The notes under the pieces: generated by a model
Told to the model about the DNA's origin: nothing
The model's database searches: none
What the model saw: only the letters and a program-made list of their open reading frames with translations
Shown: positions 40,600 to 55,228 of the stretch, in pieces
Numbering within the stretch: the stretch's first letter is position 1
Layout: each line of letters starts with the position of its first letter
Translations under genes and position numbers: made by a program
DNA from: Octopus bimaculoides
Taxonomy: Eukaryota
Reading direction: 5' to 3'
Length of the DNA: 64,000 nucleotides
Assembly: GCF_001194135.2 (NCBI RefSeq)
Contig: NC_068982.1
Span: 30,105,644-30,169,643 of the forward strand

Positions 40600-40935
40600 A
40601 TATAGTTCGGAGGAATCGGTGGAATGGTAGGCAAGGACGAATGAAGTGAGGTGGTATTGGGCACGTGATGAGGAGGGATGAAGAGCATATTCTGAAGAGT
40701 GTGATTGTGTTTGAGGTAAATGGAGTACAGAAGTGAGATAGACTGAGGAAAATGTGGAGGGGACAGGTGGAGGAGGAGATTGGGAGGGTTTGTTCGAAAA
40801 AGGAAGATGCCCAAAACCAGGTAAGATGGTGAGATGAGATGAGGGCGGTTGTTATGGCATTGAGGTAGTTCTGGCCACCCCTGTTAACGGGGACAAAACC
40901 CGGATTTAAAACACTGGATGATGATGATGATTATG
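40600..40935 (+). mobile_element. RTE-type LINE 3' end with (GAT)n tail
   Basis: Translation GHVMRRDEEHILKSVIVFEVNG...MWRGQVEEEIGRVCSKKEDAQNQVRW; ends CTGGATGATGATGATGAT. Confidence 0.8.
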
Positions 40936-41420
40936 GCTAAAGCCTGAGTGTATTTATTTGAGCTTAAAGGGTGAATGTTTGCAATGGAGTGAATTTTAGG
41001 AAAGTCAAGCATCAGCCAGTGCTGTGAAATCTGGTGTTGTGTCATTAGGTTTAATATCTAAGCCAAATAATTATTTTATTTGAAATACTAACTGTTGCCA
41101 CAATATATTATAAATATATTGAAAATATTCAAAGACTGACATCACAAGAGAATAGAAAGCATGATTTATTTATGAACGTATCCATATGTTTCAAATACTT
41201 TTTCTGACTTTTTTGTTTTTTTAGTATCTGTGGAAAGTATATATGCATATACATGTGTGTGTATTGCGTGCATGTATGTATATATACACACACAGATATA
41301 TGACTCTTTAACTAGTTTCATGCTGGGGCGCCACCCCTGGCTTTGCTACATCTTCATTATTTGAAACTTCCCATGTATGTATGTATGTGTGTGTGTGAAT
41401 GTGTGTGTGTGTGTGTGTAT

Positions 41421-41799
41421 GTTGCGATGAGTAAATTGTTGCCATTTTACATTTTTAATTTCACGCATGCACATTGTTTGTTTTTGATTTTGTTGACTAC
41501 ACAGTATAATAGGGTCAGTTGAGCACCATGTGAGAAAAACTGCACCGTGATGCAGCTCTGCCTGAAATTTGGAAACAACAGGCTGTACTGCTTGGCATTC
41601 ATGCTGGAATCTCCAATACAAACATTTCAGAGTGTTTGGGTGTCAATCTGAGGATGGTGCATGTACCGAGAGTGATAAAAATTAAACATCCAGCCAACAT
41701 CATGGTATTTGGAGTGATCACTAGTGATGGCGACGTTATGCCTCCATTCTTCTTCCCACACTGCCTCACTCCACACAGAGGCTTACATCAAGTGCCTAT
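41421..41799 (+). pseudogene. Internally deleted maT/DD37D-like Tc1/mariner transposase remnant
   Basis: One frame from 41561 reads PEIWKQQAVLLGIHAGISNTNISECLGVNLRMVH|VPRVIKIKHPANIMVFGVITSDGDVMPPFFFPH: an HTH start joined to the KHP..MV.G...G.V.PPF catalytic-domain motif. Confidence 0.7.
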
Positions 41800-44624
41800 A
41801 GTATCATCATTGTCGTCATCGTTTAACATCCGTTTTCCATGCTGGCATGGGTTGGACGGTTTGACTGAGGGCTGGCAAGCCAGAAGGCTGCACCAGGCTC
41901 CAATCTGATCTGGCAAAGTTTCTACAGCTGGATGCCCTTCCTAACTCCAACCACTCCGAGAGTGTATCTTATATATGAAATAAAGGTACAAAAGCAAGCT
42001 TTTAGTTAAATTCTTTTATTTCCAAATTTTTTGTGAAAAATCTATTCACAACTAATATGCCTTGTCTGCTTGTTTCCTTCAAAAGAATTAAAAAATTTTT
42101 CCTACCTTCTTGTACAACTTAAGGCGACATAAAGTTGGCTGTGACTAAATATGGGAACTGGCAAACAAATAACTTTTTTTGAGAATGCTGGTTAGTTTAT
42201 GTATAGTTACTGAAAGAATGCTGGGTAAAAATAAGTATTACATACACATCTGCACAAGCATATACATAAACAGACTCCTTAGAGAAAATAATTATTACAT
42301 GCACACATTTGTGTGTGTGTGTATGTATGTGCATGCATGTGCGCGTGTGCATATGTATACATTTATATGTATGAGTAGCACAGTCTGTAGTGAACACAGT
42401 TTTCTATACATTGTCACAGCCCCTTTCCTTCCTTTTTAAGTGTGTCTGTTTATATATATATATATATATATGTATGTGTAAATGCGCCTGTGTCTGTAAT
42501 TCTATTTTCTATGTATCTTTCTAAATAGACATACACAAACACATATACACTCATTCGAATATAATATATAAATATACTTTACAGAAACACACATATGCTC
42601 ATATACTCATACAGTTGAAGCGCTATTTGATTTTTTTTCTACTGTAGAATTTTCACCATCCCACTTTCATTGGCAGATATATAAATATATATTACACAAA
42701 CATGCATCTACAAATACACAAACATTCACATATTTCATAACCCATGTGCGTAGCCAATATCACTATACATATACACACACAGATGCTGTTCAGTTTGTCA
42801 TCACCCCTTCCTTGGTCAATCATATCTCATGACAGGCAAAAACAAGAGAATTATGTATCAGTAGATTTTCATTTTTTTTGCCATGTAGGGACACAAATCC
42901 GGATTTGTTTTCAAGTTATTCTGACCTCATTGTAGCAGAGCGTTGACTATAATTACTGAAACAGTATTGTATTAACCATGTAAATATACAAGATTATACA
43001 ATTATTTGGTTGTACATTTATATATTCATTCATCACAGATTTCCCTTGATGTTTTCCTTTAGCAATTCTTCCTCCTCTCCTGATTCCAAACAAGATATAT
43101 TTACTTCTCCTTTGTTGAAATTTTCTATTTCCCAGTCAGAAAATCATATGAGAATGATTGATAACTTTGTGTCATTAGTTTTTAAATAAAAACCGTGTTT
43201 GTAAGATAAACATCAGAACGCTTTTTATTCTGTTGTTTAATTTAATTTCATTTATTTTTGTCATGTTCTTTTTGTATTAACTTTTATACAGATAGCTGGC
43301 ACTAATTAATATTAGAAAACTTAAATTGCTCTTATATATAACTGAGATAATTTGTGTTAATTATCTCCACTATATTTATTAACAGTTATAGATCATATGA
43401 CTGACGTTGAGTCTCTTGTGAAAATTTCAAAGGATCTGAATTCAGAAGTATTTAGCAGATTTGATTACATTGAGCACACATACAAGGCTTTAGTGTATTA
43501 GAATTTTATAATTTGAGTGAAGCTCTGTATATTCCTGAATGATTTCTATTACTATTTCTCTTTGACTGTAACAGTGATGAAATATCTTTGGGGATTCATA
43601 CTTGAAAGAAACTGTTAGTTGTTTGCTTCGTTTCCCTTTGCTAACATCTATGGTATTAACTATCACAGTCTTCATTCATCAACTTAGTACACCAATGTCC
43701 ACACCTCTTACCTCCTGTATTAAATTTTTCAGTCATATCAAATTAGAAAGTGAAGTTTGTTAAATATTGGTTTTCCTTGTCAAAAGTTCAAAACTTCTGT
43801 CTGTCTTTTAAAACTAAAAGGATGAATAATTTTGTCCAGTTTACTGAAGTTTTTGTTTAATTCTGCATTACTTTGTCATAAATCTTCATATTACATCAGA
43901 AGCTACAGTGAGACCTCACTTTATGAATTCCTCCCATCACAAACAAATTGGCTTATAAACAGTTTTAAACATGCATCTCAAGTGACAAACATGCAAGCTG
44001 GCAACACCAGTTGGCAGTTGGCAACAAACTGTGAATAGCAGAAGGACATCAGTTGCTGTCTAGCCTTCATACAGTGTACATCTTTGCTAATTTTCTATGG
44101 GAGAAATAGTTTTGGTTTACAAACATTTTAGGTGATGATCAGCCTTAGGAATAAATTAAATTTTCAAAACAAAGTTCCACTGTATTTCTAACTATTTGCA
44201 TTCCTTCTCTCAGTCTAGGATTCTTTGCTGCTTGTTTTTTTTTGTTTTTTTTTATGCCTAGCCTCAGTCGACCATAATTGAGTAAACCTATTAGCAAAGG
44301 TATTCCAACCGTGCCTTATTTCATCTCTTTGTATTTTTAAGCGTTCATTATCCAATGTGTTCTTGAAAATAGCTGAGTATAATAATATAAGAGAGACATA
44401 ACTGCTATTTCTAGCAGACTGAGAGCAGTTACGAAAAGGCTTCCCCCATTGGCTTCAAATGGTCTTACCTAATTTATTTGCTACATTTTAATAGGTCTTT
44501 TCAAGATTTGGNNNNNNNNNNNNNNNNNNNNNNNNNNNNNNNNNNNNNNNNNCTACATATTACACTTGTGTTTATGAGTTTTGTAGGACATTGATACAAA
44601 GAAAAAGAAAAATGATTACATGCA

Positions 44625-45050
44625 CAGGAATAGCTGTGTTGAAAAGTTTGTTTTGTAATCATGTAGTTTCAGGTTCAGTTCCACATAGAAAAATGGCTTT
44701 TGCTATAGTTCCAGGTTGACCAATGCCTTGTCAATGAACTTGGAAGACATTAACTGTGTAGAAGCCTATTGTATATATCTATGTCTGTTCAGTCTATCCA
44801 TTCGTCCATCTGTGGCTGTTTGCATGTGCGAGCGCACACATCTTTGTGTTTGCATTTGTCTCCCATTCACCTCTTGATGACCAGTATTGGTTTTGTTTAC
44901 ATCCCTATAACATAGTGGTTAAGCAATGGGGACTGATAAAGCAGCAGATTTAAAGAGAAGGTAACTGGGGTTGATTTGTTTGACTACAGCCCTTCAAAGC
45001 AGTGTCCTACCATGGCTACTACAGTCCAATGACTTAAACAAGTAATAGAC
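44625..45050 (+). mobile_element. SINE family A, diverged copy
   Basis: Recognisable head, core and tail, followed by poly(A). Confidence 0.65.
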
Positions 45051-47311
45051 AAAAAAAAAAAAAAAAAAAAAAAAAAGAAAAAAAAATGACATGCTTCATT
45101 ACATTTGAGTTTACGTCATTTACCTTGAAATGAAAAATTTTCCGAGGCATTCAGAACATAAAGTCATGTCTCAAATTCATTTGCATTGTCTTTCCAGTCA
45201 ACCCCTCATGCAGCCACTAACAAAACTCTACCCCAAGCATACCAATTTCATTGTAAACATTCAAACATGTGACCATGCAAGTCAACAGCATGCTGAAATT
45301 ACCTGGAAATTACATAGAGTTTATTTAACATTTAACTAATAATCTCCACCGCACTATTTATGAGACTGGTTACTCAGGATTGATTTGAGCTGATCTGATT
45401 TTTTCTGATGTCTTTATCTTGGTAACCTCATTACATTAGTAGAATCTCCTCTAATACAATCAGCACTGCAACACCGCTTTAATATTTGTATCTGTGAAGC
45501 TTGACTGCTTATCATTATGTCACTGTTCTCTTTGATCCATTATTCGTGTTCGCAGAGTTTTCAATCGTTTTGCAAAGAATATACAAATATAAGTAGAGTA
45601 ATCGATAGATAATTTTGCAATCATTTGGCATTTGTATGCATGAATGAACCACAGTAAGCATTTAAAACATAGTGCATTGCATGTGAAGTCAGCTGTGAGA
45701 TGGCTAATGCTAGGGGAAACCTGGAAATTCCATAATGATTTCCATCGTCACCCCCACCTTCCCCCCTCCAACCTCACCCCCCCNNNNNNNNNNNNNNNNN
45801 NNNNNNNNNNNNNNNNNNNNNNNNNNNNNNNNNNNNNNNNNNNNNNNNNNNNNNNNNNNNNGATCTATTGTTATGGTTAAATACTGAAATTGTCTGCTTT
45901 CCAATTAACTATGAAACAGAATAATAGACATTGTCGCTAATAGCATTGACTGCTACAATAAAATGAGAATATGTGATGCACCATAGAACAAGGTATATGC
46001 ACACCTGCTTGCAACATATATACAGATGCACACATAATCATATGCGCACACACACACACACACTCACACTCACACTCACGCACACACACTTTGCCGCATA
46101 CTGCTACTCATGTTTCCTGCTTGGTTGGTTAATTTATCAGTCCGTTCTGTTTGCTTGAAAGCCCAGGCATAGGGTAAGTGCTTTCCTCGGCTATCAAATA
46201 ATGACAAATGAGACTCCATGATCACAGCTGTGGCTATAAAATCAGAATGCTATTTTGTGAAAATGACTTTTTTTCTTTCCTTTTCGTTCATCTCATTGTA
46301 TAAAGAATTTATACAGAAAAATCTATTTCAATATGTACCTAAGCTATTTTCAATAGTTCATCATTGTTGATATCTTTTTACATACAGCATATGATACAGA
46401 TATTTGTGTGTATGTGTGTGTGTGTGTATGTAGGTAGCTATAGTGCTTTCAACTACATTTCATACTTGTATATACACCTCTGTCACAATAAATTCTTGTT
46501 GAATTCCATAGCACTTTATTATTGTATGAATTTCGTGAGCTTGAAATGTTATATAAATTGCAACTTTTATCTACTCTACCTTTAGTTATGTCAGAGACCT
46601 TTTGTATACATTGTTTGGAATATTCAGCTGGTATTCTTTTATTGAACGGTGCAACAAGCTTTTGTCCCCCATAAACATTAAATGTTGCAGCTTGATATGT
46701 TGTCACGTTATCTCTGCTTGGCCCCTGTGTAACTCAGTGATTCTCAGGATGTGACTGACAGGTTGGAAGGGTTTTGAAGTCCAATAGAAAGGTAAAAAAA
46801 AATTGCTTTTCGAGTTCATTAGGAAGAAACCAAGGATTGGTGGATTTTGAGGTTGCTATCATACAGCTTTAATTATAATAGCTTCATAATCAGAAATGTT
46901 AAAAAATACCATTTGATTTGAATGAAAGGAGCTTGTGAAAGGAGAAGACTCTGTAAAACACGGAAAGAGCGGTGAAGGCTGATCTCAGGGAGACAATCTT
47001 GTAGAGGAGGTGACAAAACACTGCAGCAAAGAGCGAGGTGCTGTGCTGGAGAAGACCCATCTTACCTGTGCAGGCATGGGAAAAACCGACATAGAATGAT
47101 GATGATAATGGTGGTGCTGACAATAGCAGTTATAATCATAATGGTTGTGATGGTGATGATCGCTCTGTCATCCTCAAACATTAGTAACTTTGTTGCTGCC
47201 ACTGCTGCTAATACTCTTGCCATCACAACCATCTGTTGACTTGATAGGGTAAACATGATGCTAGACAATAAAGGAAAGCACATTGGATAATGCAGTTATA
47301 GCTGTGCTTAA

Positions 47312-47815
47312 GTGCAGGCATGTCTGAGTACTAAAGAAACTCACTTTGTAAGTCATGTGGTTTTGGGTTCAATGCCATAGCATGGCACCCCAGGCAAGTG
47401 TCTTCTGCTATATTCCTGGGTCATTCAATGCCTTGCAAGTGAATTTGGTAGGCAGAAACTATGTGAAAGGTCGATAAATTAAGTACCAGTTATGCACTGG
47501 GTCGATGTAATCGATTTAATCCCTTTGTTTGTCCTTGTTTGTCCCCTCAATGTTTCGCTCGTAGTGGGCAATAAAGAAATAAGAAACTATGTGAAAGCTT
47601 GTTTTGTGTGTGTGTGTGCATCCCCCCCCCACTTTCCCGCCAATATTGGTTTGTTTATGTCCGCATAACTTAGCAGTTTGACAAAGGAGACTGATAGAAT
47701 AAGTACCAGACTTAAAAACATGAGTTTTGAGGTTGATTTGTTTGACTAAACCCTTTGAGCTGGTATCTCTGCATGGCTGCTGTCCAGTGACTGAAGCAAA
47801 GTAAAAGATCAAAGA
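47312..47815 (+). mobile_element. SINE family A with a nested 5'-truncated SINE insertion (~47470-47581)
   Basis: AGAAACTATGTGAAAG duplicated at 47454-47469 and 47582-47597 around a family C-like tail. Confidence 0.8.
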
Positions 47816-49926
47816 TAAGCTATGCCAGACAGGTAAAAACGCCAAAAGAAAGATGAAAAGAAAAGGTATTTATCAAAGGTAAAACACCATTAATCATTGG
47901 CCATTGGCATCAAGACTAACGTGCATCTTAACAACTAGAACAACAATAATTAATATCTAAAGTTCAAGGAGTCTGGTAATAGTCCATATTGGTAAAACAA
48001 GTTAATAATATCTTCCAAATAAATTGTGTACTGTGGAGACAAATGAGTTCTGATGTTTCAGCTTAGACACTTGAAGAAATGAGGCATGCAATTCTTCACA
48101 TTAAGAACCTTCTAGAAAGTCTGCATTCACCTCCTCTCATGGCATGCAAATTCTATCTTATCATATTCACTAATGAATAGAATTGCATGCTCTTTACATA
48201 TCTCATCTGTTGTATGAAAATTTTGTTTTAAAGTATTTTTTCTTCCCTACCCCTTCTTTCCAGTCTTTTGTTTCACATCCTTTGTCCATAACATATCTCA
48301 ATGTGGTATGCTTTTATATACTCAGCAAAATGAAGTGAAGTACCCTACTTCAAAACTATGTGGTTTTGGGTTCAGTCTTGCCGCATGACATCTTCAGCAA
48401 GTACACTTACCGAAGATGTCCTGCAGTAAAACAGAATCTAGTACTTGTAGGCCCAAATTGACCGAGATTTTGTGAGTGAATTTTATAGGTGGAAACTGTA
48501 AAGAAGCTCATAGAATATGTATACACCAAGCTAAGTGAAATCTTAGTAATGGCCAGAGGTGGTAATGTGCAAAAGGCACCCATACCTGTGACATGTAAAA
48601 TGCATTCATGATGGTGGTATTTAAAAGACATTCATGCCAATAACATGTAAAAGACACCCAGTACACACTGTGGAGTGGATGGTGTTTGGAAGGGCATCCA
48701 GCCATAGAAACAAGCCAAAACAGACTGGAGTCTGGTGCAGCTTTCCAGCTTACCGGTTCCAGTCAAACTGTCTAATCCATACTTGCATGGAAAACGGATG
48801 CTAAATGATGTTGGTAGAATCTGTGCTCATGTAGTAGAATGTGAATGTACAGGATGGGTATTTCTCCTTAATTTAACATCACAGACTAACTGTAGAAAAG
48901 CTGTACTGCCAATCTTAACAAGTGGTGATATTAATTTGTAATTTTCTGTGAAAAAATGTTCCAGAAAATGATATAATTATTATGTTGCTTAGAAACAGAA
49001 AGAGCATCTGGCTGTAAAAAAAAAAAAAATATATATATTTGAGTCAGCCATGTCCAACACATGCAAGCATGTAAAAATTGATGAGATAGTTATCACCATG
49101 TTTCTCCAATATAGACATGTCATAATAAAATTGCATGAAGAAACATTAATTATTAATTATACATTGTTTATTATACCAATAACGATGGCAGTTCCACTAC
49201 ATAAGTCTTCGTTAAATGAAATAAAGTAAAACAAACATAATTAAGTTAGTCTGTGAATTTCCTTTTCTTTGATTTGTTAAACTCAGCATTGTCTGCACCA
49301 TCTATCTTTACAAAGACTAACTCTAGCCGATTAAATGTCTGCGATTAGTTGTGGTTAATGCGATTATAGTTTTACAGTCTATTAACTTCATCTTTGGAGA
49401 TGAAATGTTCATCAGTATTGTGAATATTTACATCTACACTATATTTTGATTGGTTTATCTTCAGTCATCATTAAATATTTTACTTTTGGATATCTACATA
49501 GTCCTTGACTGGATTTGAACAAGAAGATGTTATTTCTAAATTAGATATGATAAGATTTTTATCCACTATCTGATCGTCATTCTGTTTTGTTTTGATGTCC
49601 TGTTTGATGTTTTTGTATTGCACTTAATTTAATGGTTCTAGAAGGCAAGTATAGTTTCATTGAATGTATTGCTCAGTATTTATGTGTGAACATGTGTGTA
49701 TGCGTGTGGCTATATGTAGAGTAGCTTGTGCTATATATATATGTGTGTGTGTGTGTGTGTTTATGTCTCCATGTATGTGTATAAATATATATGTCTGTGT
49801 GTGTATATATATGTATATATGTGCATGTGTATACACATACTCTTGATCTCAGTAAAAGCTGAAGTCCAGCTCAGATTGAGGTATTTCATGTATATGGGCA
49901 ATATTAGTGTTGTTATATAAACACAC

Positions 49927-49965
<39 letters not shown>

Positions 49966-50019
49966 AACAATGTAAGACATTGTATGTTTGTTGTTTATGG
50001 TGTATTTTATTTATTTATC

Positions 50020-50615
50020 TTTTGTCTTTCACTTCTTTTAGTCATTAGACAGTGGCCATGCTGGGGCACCACCTTGAAGTGTTTAGCTCAACAAATTGAC
50101 TCCACTACTTACAAGGGGGTACTCAAAAGATTTTGGCTTCAGGTAAAAGAAAATACAGGAGGATCAATTAATTATGATTTTATCCAACATATTCCCATCT
50201 CAGATTCAAACACTTATTGCAATGGTTATTCAGTTTTTCTAAGCCTTGTTAAAGAACTTGGAAGGTTGGTTCACCAACCATGCTTTTCAATATGCCCTTT
50301 AAGCCAGGAACTTTTTAGCACCTCCTCATATGTTTTGAAGTGTGGTACTTAGTCTGTTGGTCTTTTTTTTGCCAAACTGCTAAGTTACAGAGATGGAAAG
50401 AAACAAACAGAGGTTGTCAAGTGGTGATATGGGACAAGAACAAACACACAAACAATGGGCTTCTTTCAGTTTCCACCTACCAAATCCACTCACAATGCAT
50501 TGGTTGACCTGAGGGTATAGCAGAAGACACTTGCACGAGGTGTCATGCAGTGGAACTGTACCTAGAACCATGTGGTTGAGAAACAAACTTCTTACCACGC
50601 AACTACACTTGCACC
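50020..50615 (-). mobile_element. SINE family A, interrupted by unrelated sequence (~50110-50345)
   Basis: Family A tail at 50020-50110 and remainder at ~50345-50615. Confidence 0.6.
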
Positions 50616-53600
50616 TATACCAGAAGTAGAATTTGATGTGTAATCATGTTTTTCTGTTGTTTCTCTTATTTGGGTGATTATATTATGCCATGGTAAACCA
50701 TGCCATAATCCTATATTGGCAGCTAAAGTTACAGCATTTTCATTGGGTTAAGATGGTGGTGATAATGACAATTTTATTCTTGTCTTTTGGACATTTATTG
50801 TGCATTTTGTTTGTTTGTTTGTTGTTGTTGTTGTTGAATATGATGTGTATGCCCTTCCACCTGCTTAACCTCTGTTTCACTTTCCCTTTTCTTCTCTACT
50901 AATAGTAATGTCGTTGTTGTTGTCGTAGTTGTTACCATCACTATAACCACCCATTTTCAGCACCACCACCACCGTTATAACCACCACCACCACCGTTATA
51001 ACCACCACCAACAACAACAACAACAACAACAGCACCAGCAGCAGTCTTTCAAACTTTGCTGCCTTTTGTGTCAAAATACAACATTTAACCACTCTTATGT
51101 TCACATGAGCGAAAAGTCCATTCTGCAGCGATTCTTTCTGGAAAAGGTGTTTTTTTTTTAATTCTTTTTTGTTTTTATCTTTTTTTTTTAAAAGTGACAA
51201 GGTATTTGACTGGTTCACATGTGCAGGTTTGGAAATCTCCATTAATGATTTATGGCATAAAGAAACAGGATAGAACAGCCTCCATTCATGCTTGCGATAG
51301 AGAAATGCTTATCATTGACTACGTTGTTTTTGTGCACATCTTGTTAGGGTGTTTATTGTATTTTCATGTTGCATTCAAATGCAGTTGGTCATGCAACTAT
51401 TTATGCAGTGATAGTTCCTGCTTTTTACCTCAACCACCAGATCTGTTTTGTTTAATTTTTGTCACTTTTAAAAAAAAAAAAAAGACCTTAAATTTTTGCT
51501 TTTTGCCAAGCTATGCAATGCATTATGGCATTTGTAAGCTCTTTTAAAATAACCTTAGTTTATTCGGTTATAGCGCAGTGTTATTTCTCTATGAATATAT
51601 TTATGTGTTCCTTTGTGTCTTTTCGCTTCCAGTTTTACTTGTTTCAGCCAAAGGTTTGTAACCATGCTGGGGTGCTACCATTGGTACCATTTTCTTTTGT
51701 TTAGTTTACTTTATTTCATTTCAGTGATATTCTCTCTGTTTTGTTTTGGTGAAATGAGAGAGTTGGACAGTGATGCCCTCACTTGTCGTTTCTTGCCTTG
51801 ATTTCGGTTCATCTGGTATTTGAGATAAAACGTTTGACGAAGACAAATACGGTAGATTTAGCAAGTGAAACTCTTGCTGCTATGCAGTGGTATACAGTTT
51901 GGCGGGTTAGTATAGGTTTCAGTTCCAAAGTTTGGTGTTAGCCCATCTTCCATACATATATAAATCTGTGTTGGTTCACCAGAAGTGATAAATTACAGGA
52001 CTTAATACAAATGTAGAGCATTCTTTAATACATTCTAATTGAAAGGCTCTGATTTCTAGTACTCAGTGTTACTCATTTCCAAACATCATTATCGTCCTCA
52101 CCTAATGCTTATGGTCCATGCTGATATGGGTTGGGCATGTATGTCTCACTGCATATCTTTAACGTTTACTCTCTAGGTATCAAGCCCTCAGTTATTTTAT
52201 CCTCTCCATGTTGCTCATCTGTTGTACTGTGACAATCTTGTTGGTGTAAAAGCATTGAATTACCTTAAGCTTAGCTGTGAGATGCCATGAGATGACCATA
52301 ATTTGTAGCAGTATGTTTTTACCACAGATCCATTGGGGTTTCTTTTATCTTGTACTGAATGACCTCAGAATCCACTTGGCATAAAACCATCTCAGTACTG
52401 CAACCCCCATATGAGAGCTTTTGCATTTTATGAATTGCTTGTTGACCTCACTTACGCTGGTGCCACGTAAAAAAACACCCACTACCCTTTGTTGAAATGG
52501 TTAATATTTAGAAAGGCATCCAGTCATAAAAACCATGCCAAAGCAGACATCAAGTCTTGACCCAGACCTTTGTTTCATCAGCTGCTATCAAACCATCCAA
52601 CCCATGCCAGCATTGAAGATGGGTGTAAAATGGCAATGAGGATAATGAAGATTGTTGTTTTCCTGCTGCCATTTCATATCTGTAGAATTTGCTGTTAGTA
52701 CCTTAGTACTTTCAGTCAGAACATGAGCTTATGCATTTAAGCTTTCTGCTGCAATTGTTTGACATACTTTTTAGTAAGCACCATGCCATTATTGTACAGT
52801 AATTCCTAGGGTCATCTATCTTCAAACAGTTGTGTCAGTATATCAAATACTGAATTGAAGAAAAAGAAAAATCTGCTGATGTCGAAGTATTTGGGATATT
52901 CTTCTTCTATTCACTAAAATTCCTCACTGAGCTAACGCATTGGTAATTTTTACTTTGATTTTAGCATCCTCACACATGGCACAAAAGCTCACAGATCCAT
53001 TAATACATCTCCTAGCTTTCTCATTGTCCTTCAAGCTAACAAGAATAAATCCTTGTCAAGCACAAAATATCTTTTCTCACCTGAGAAGAAAGACAATTGG
53101 ACTGGTTTTTTTTTTTTTTCACTAGAAAAATGACAGAGCTAATATATTAAATAATTTGTATATAATATTTGTTTTTCTTTATTTGTTGAGATTTAGATGT
53201 TTTTGACAGAATCTCTTAAAATTGGCTCTGGCTTCTTCAAGGGTTAATGCTTATTTTCCGAAGTATACAACATTGTGTGTATGTCTGTTTGTGCATTTAT
53301 GGATGTTCTTTTCTCATTGGTGTTTTTGTTCATGGTAGCAAATGTAGGATGGGCTTTGCAAATGTAATTATTTTCACATTGTGCCATTCATTTTTGTTTT
53401 AACAGTCAGATACCCAGCCTTCCAATTGCTAACCAATCATGCATGAAGTAGGAATGAAATCTGTTTTACTGGCCAAACACAATAAGCTGTTATGTGTGAA
53501 TGTGTGTGAATGTGTGTGTGTGTCTTCCTCATAGTTACTTGAAAGATGTTTCTACTCTTCTACCATTTATCTCCCCCTCCTCTCTTTCTCTCTCTCCCCT

Positions 53601-54939
53601 CTCTCATATAGACCACTGCATGTGTATTGATGTGCTTAGTAAAATTTGGTTAATTGGACACAATAATGGCCCACTGTTTTTCAGCTTAAATCTAAGTTCA
53701 GGCAGCTATGCTTAAAAGGTATAATGCAGTTGCCTGCCTATAACATTATTTGCTTATTGGTTTCAGCCATTGAACTGTGGCCATGCTGGAGTACTGCCTT
53801 TATAGTTACATACAAATTCATTTATTCTTTTTACTTGTTTCAGTCATTTGACTGTGGTCATGCTAGGACACTACCATGAAGACTTTTAGTTAAAAAGAAT
53901 TGACCTTGGTACTTATTTTTGAGCCTAGTTTAGCCTGGTACTTATGCTCTTGGTCTCCTTTGCTGAACCGCTAAGTCACAGGGACATAAACGTACCAACA
54001 CCAATTGTCAAGTGCTGATGGGGAATGAACACAAACACATACATGCATATATACATAAATATTTACATAAATATACATAAATATTTATATATGTAACCAT
54101 ACCTCAAGAAGATGGAAGAAGTATTAACCAACCCAGATAGCAGCCTTCACATTATTTCTTGTAGGAGACATCAACCTCTCTAATGTCAAATGGTCTGAGA
54201 GTTGCCTTGTTTCAGATATGTCACTACATGACCACAGGCAAAGAATCTCTACTCGACCTCACAAACATGCCTTACTGTCTCTTTTAGTATAGTGTTTACA
54301 ATTGGCTGTCCTTACTAAAACCAGCCACTTTACAGAGTGGACTGGATGCTTTTTATGTAGCATCATCACCGGCAAGGTTTGTTACAACATGATTTTGATG
54401 GCTGGATGCCCTTCTTAATGCCAGCCACTTAACATAACATAGTAGACTGAGTAGTTTCCACATGCACCTCCTCCCTGAGAAAAGGATAAAAGGCAATTGA
54501 CTCTGACAGGATTTGAATTCAGAACATAGGGAGCCAAAACAATTATTGCAAAGCAACCCAACCCATGGTGTTGCAACCCTACCAATGCTCTTCCTTAATA
54601 TATTAGCCTCTAATATTTTATTTTATATAAAATGAATTAATATAAAATAACAGAAGTAATTATCTAAAAAATTATACAGCTTTATTATATTTATTTTTTA
54701 AAAATAAAATGAGGTGGGGGAAAATTTTCAGCTATTACCTTTGCTATATGCACCCTTAATTTTAATATTTTAATATTTATGGAAAAAAAAAAACCATAAA
54801 AAAAAACTGTGTTTATTACACTTGAAATTTTACAGTAAATGAGCAAGCGAATACTAACAATATACATTGAAAACAACGGTAAACAATAGCTATATGTTAT
54901 CACAATATTTTGAATAATGCTATTATTACCAAAGCAAAC

Positions 54940-55185
54940 ATTTATATGTATGTGTGTATGCATGTGTGTGTGTATGCATGTATGTGTGTGCATGTGTGTG
55001 TGTGTGTGTTTATTATTCACACACACACACACGTATGCATATGTATATATCTGTATATGTATATGTGTGTATATATTTGTGTGTGTTTGTGTGTATGTAT
55101 ATGTATATATATATGTGAGTGCATACATTGTGTGTATATGTGTATATATATATAGATATACAAACATACACACACATATATATAC

Positions 55186-55227
<42 letters not shown>

Positions 55228-55228
55228 A
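54940..55228. repeat. Compound (TG)n/(CA)n/(TA)n microsatellite
   Basis: Direct inspection; generates the Cys/Val/Tyr/His-rich ORFs. Confidence 0.95.

Noticed and set aside
43391-43501. Short + frame DHMTDVESLVKISKDLNSEVFSRFDYIEHTYKALVY*
   Set aside because: Does not match any DDX49 segment, and its phase does not follow the phase-0 donor at 14915.
45748-45783. C-rich tract (G-quadruplex potential on the minus strand) at a gap edge
   Set aside because: Low-complexity sequence truncated by Ns, with no context to support a function.
46449-46706. 85-aa minus-strand ORF with balanced composition
   Set aside because: No homology recognised and no pyrimidine tract or strong donor; this length is expected by chance in 64 kb.
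4863-52580. Other CTGATGA/TCATCAG heptamers (e.g. ~4874, 6281, 16947, 30397, 49409, 52574)
   Set aside because: None is followed by a stem II and GAAA with a pairing stem I, so they are not hammerheads.
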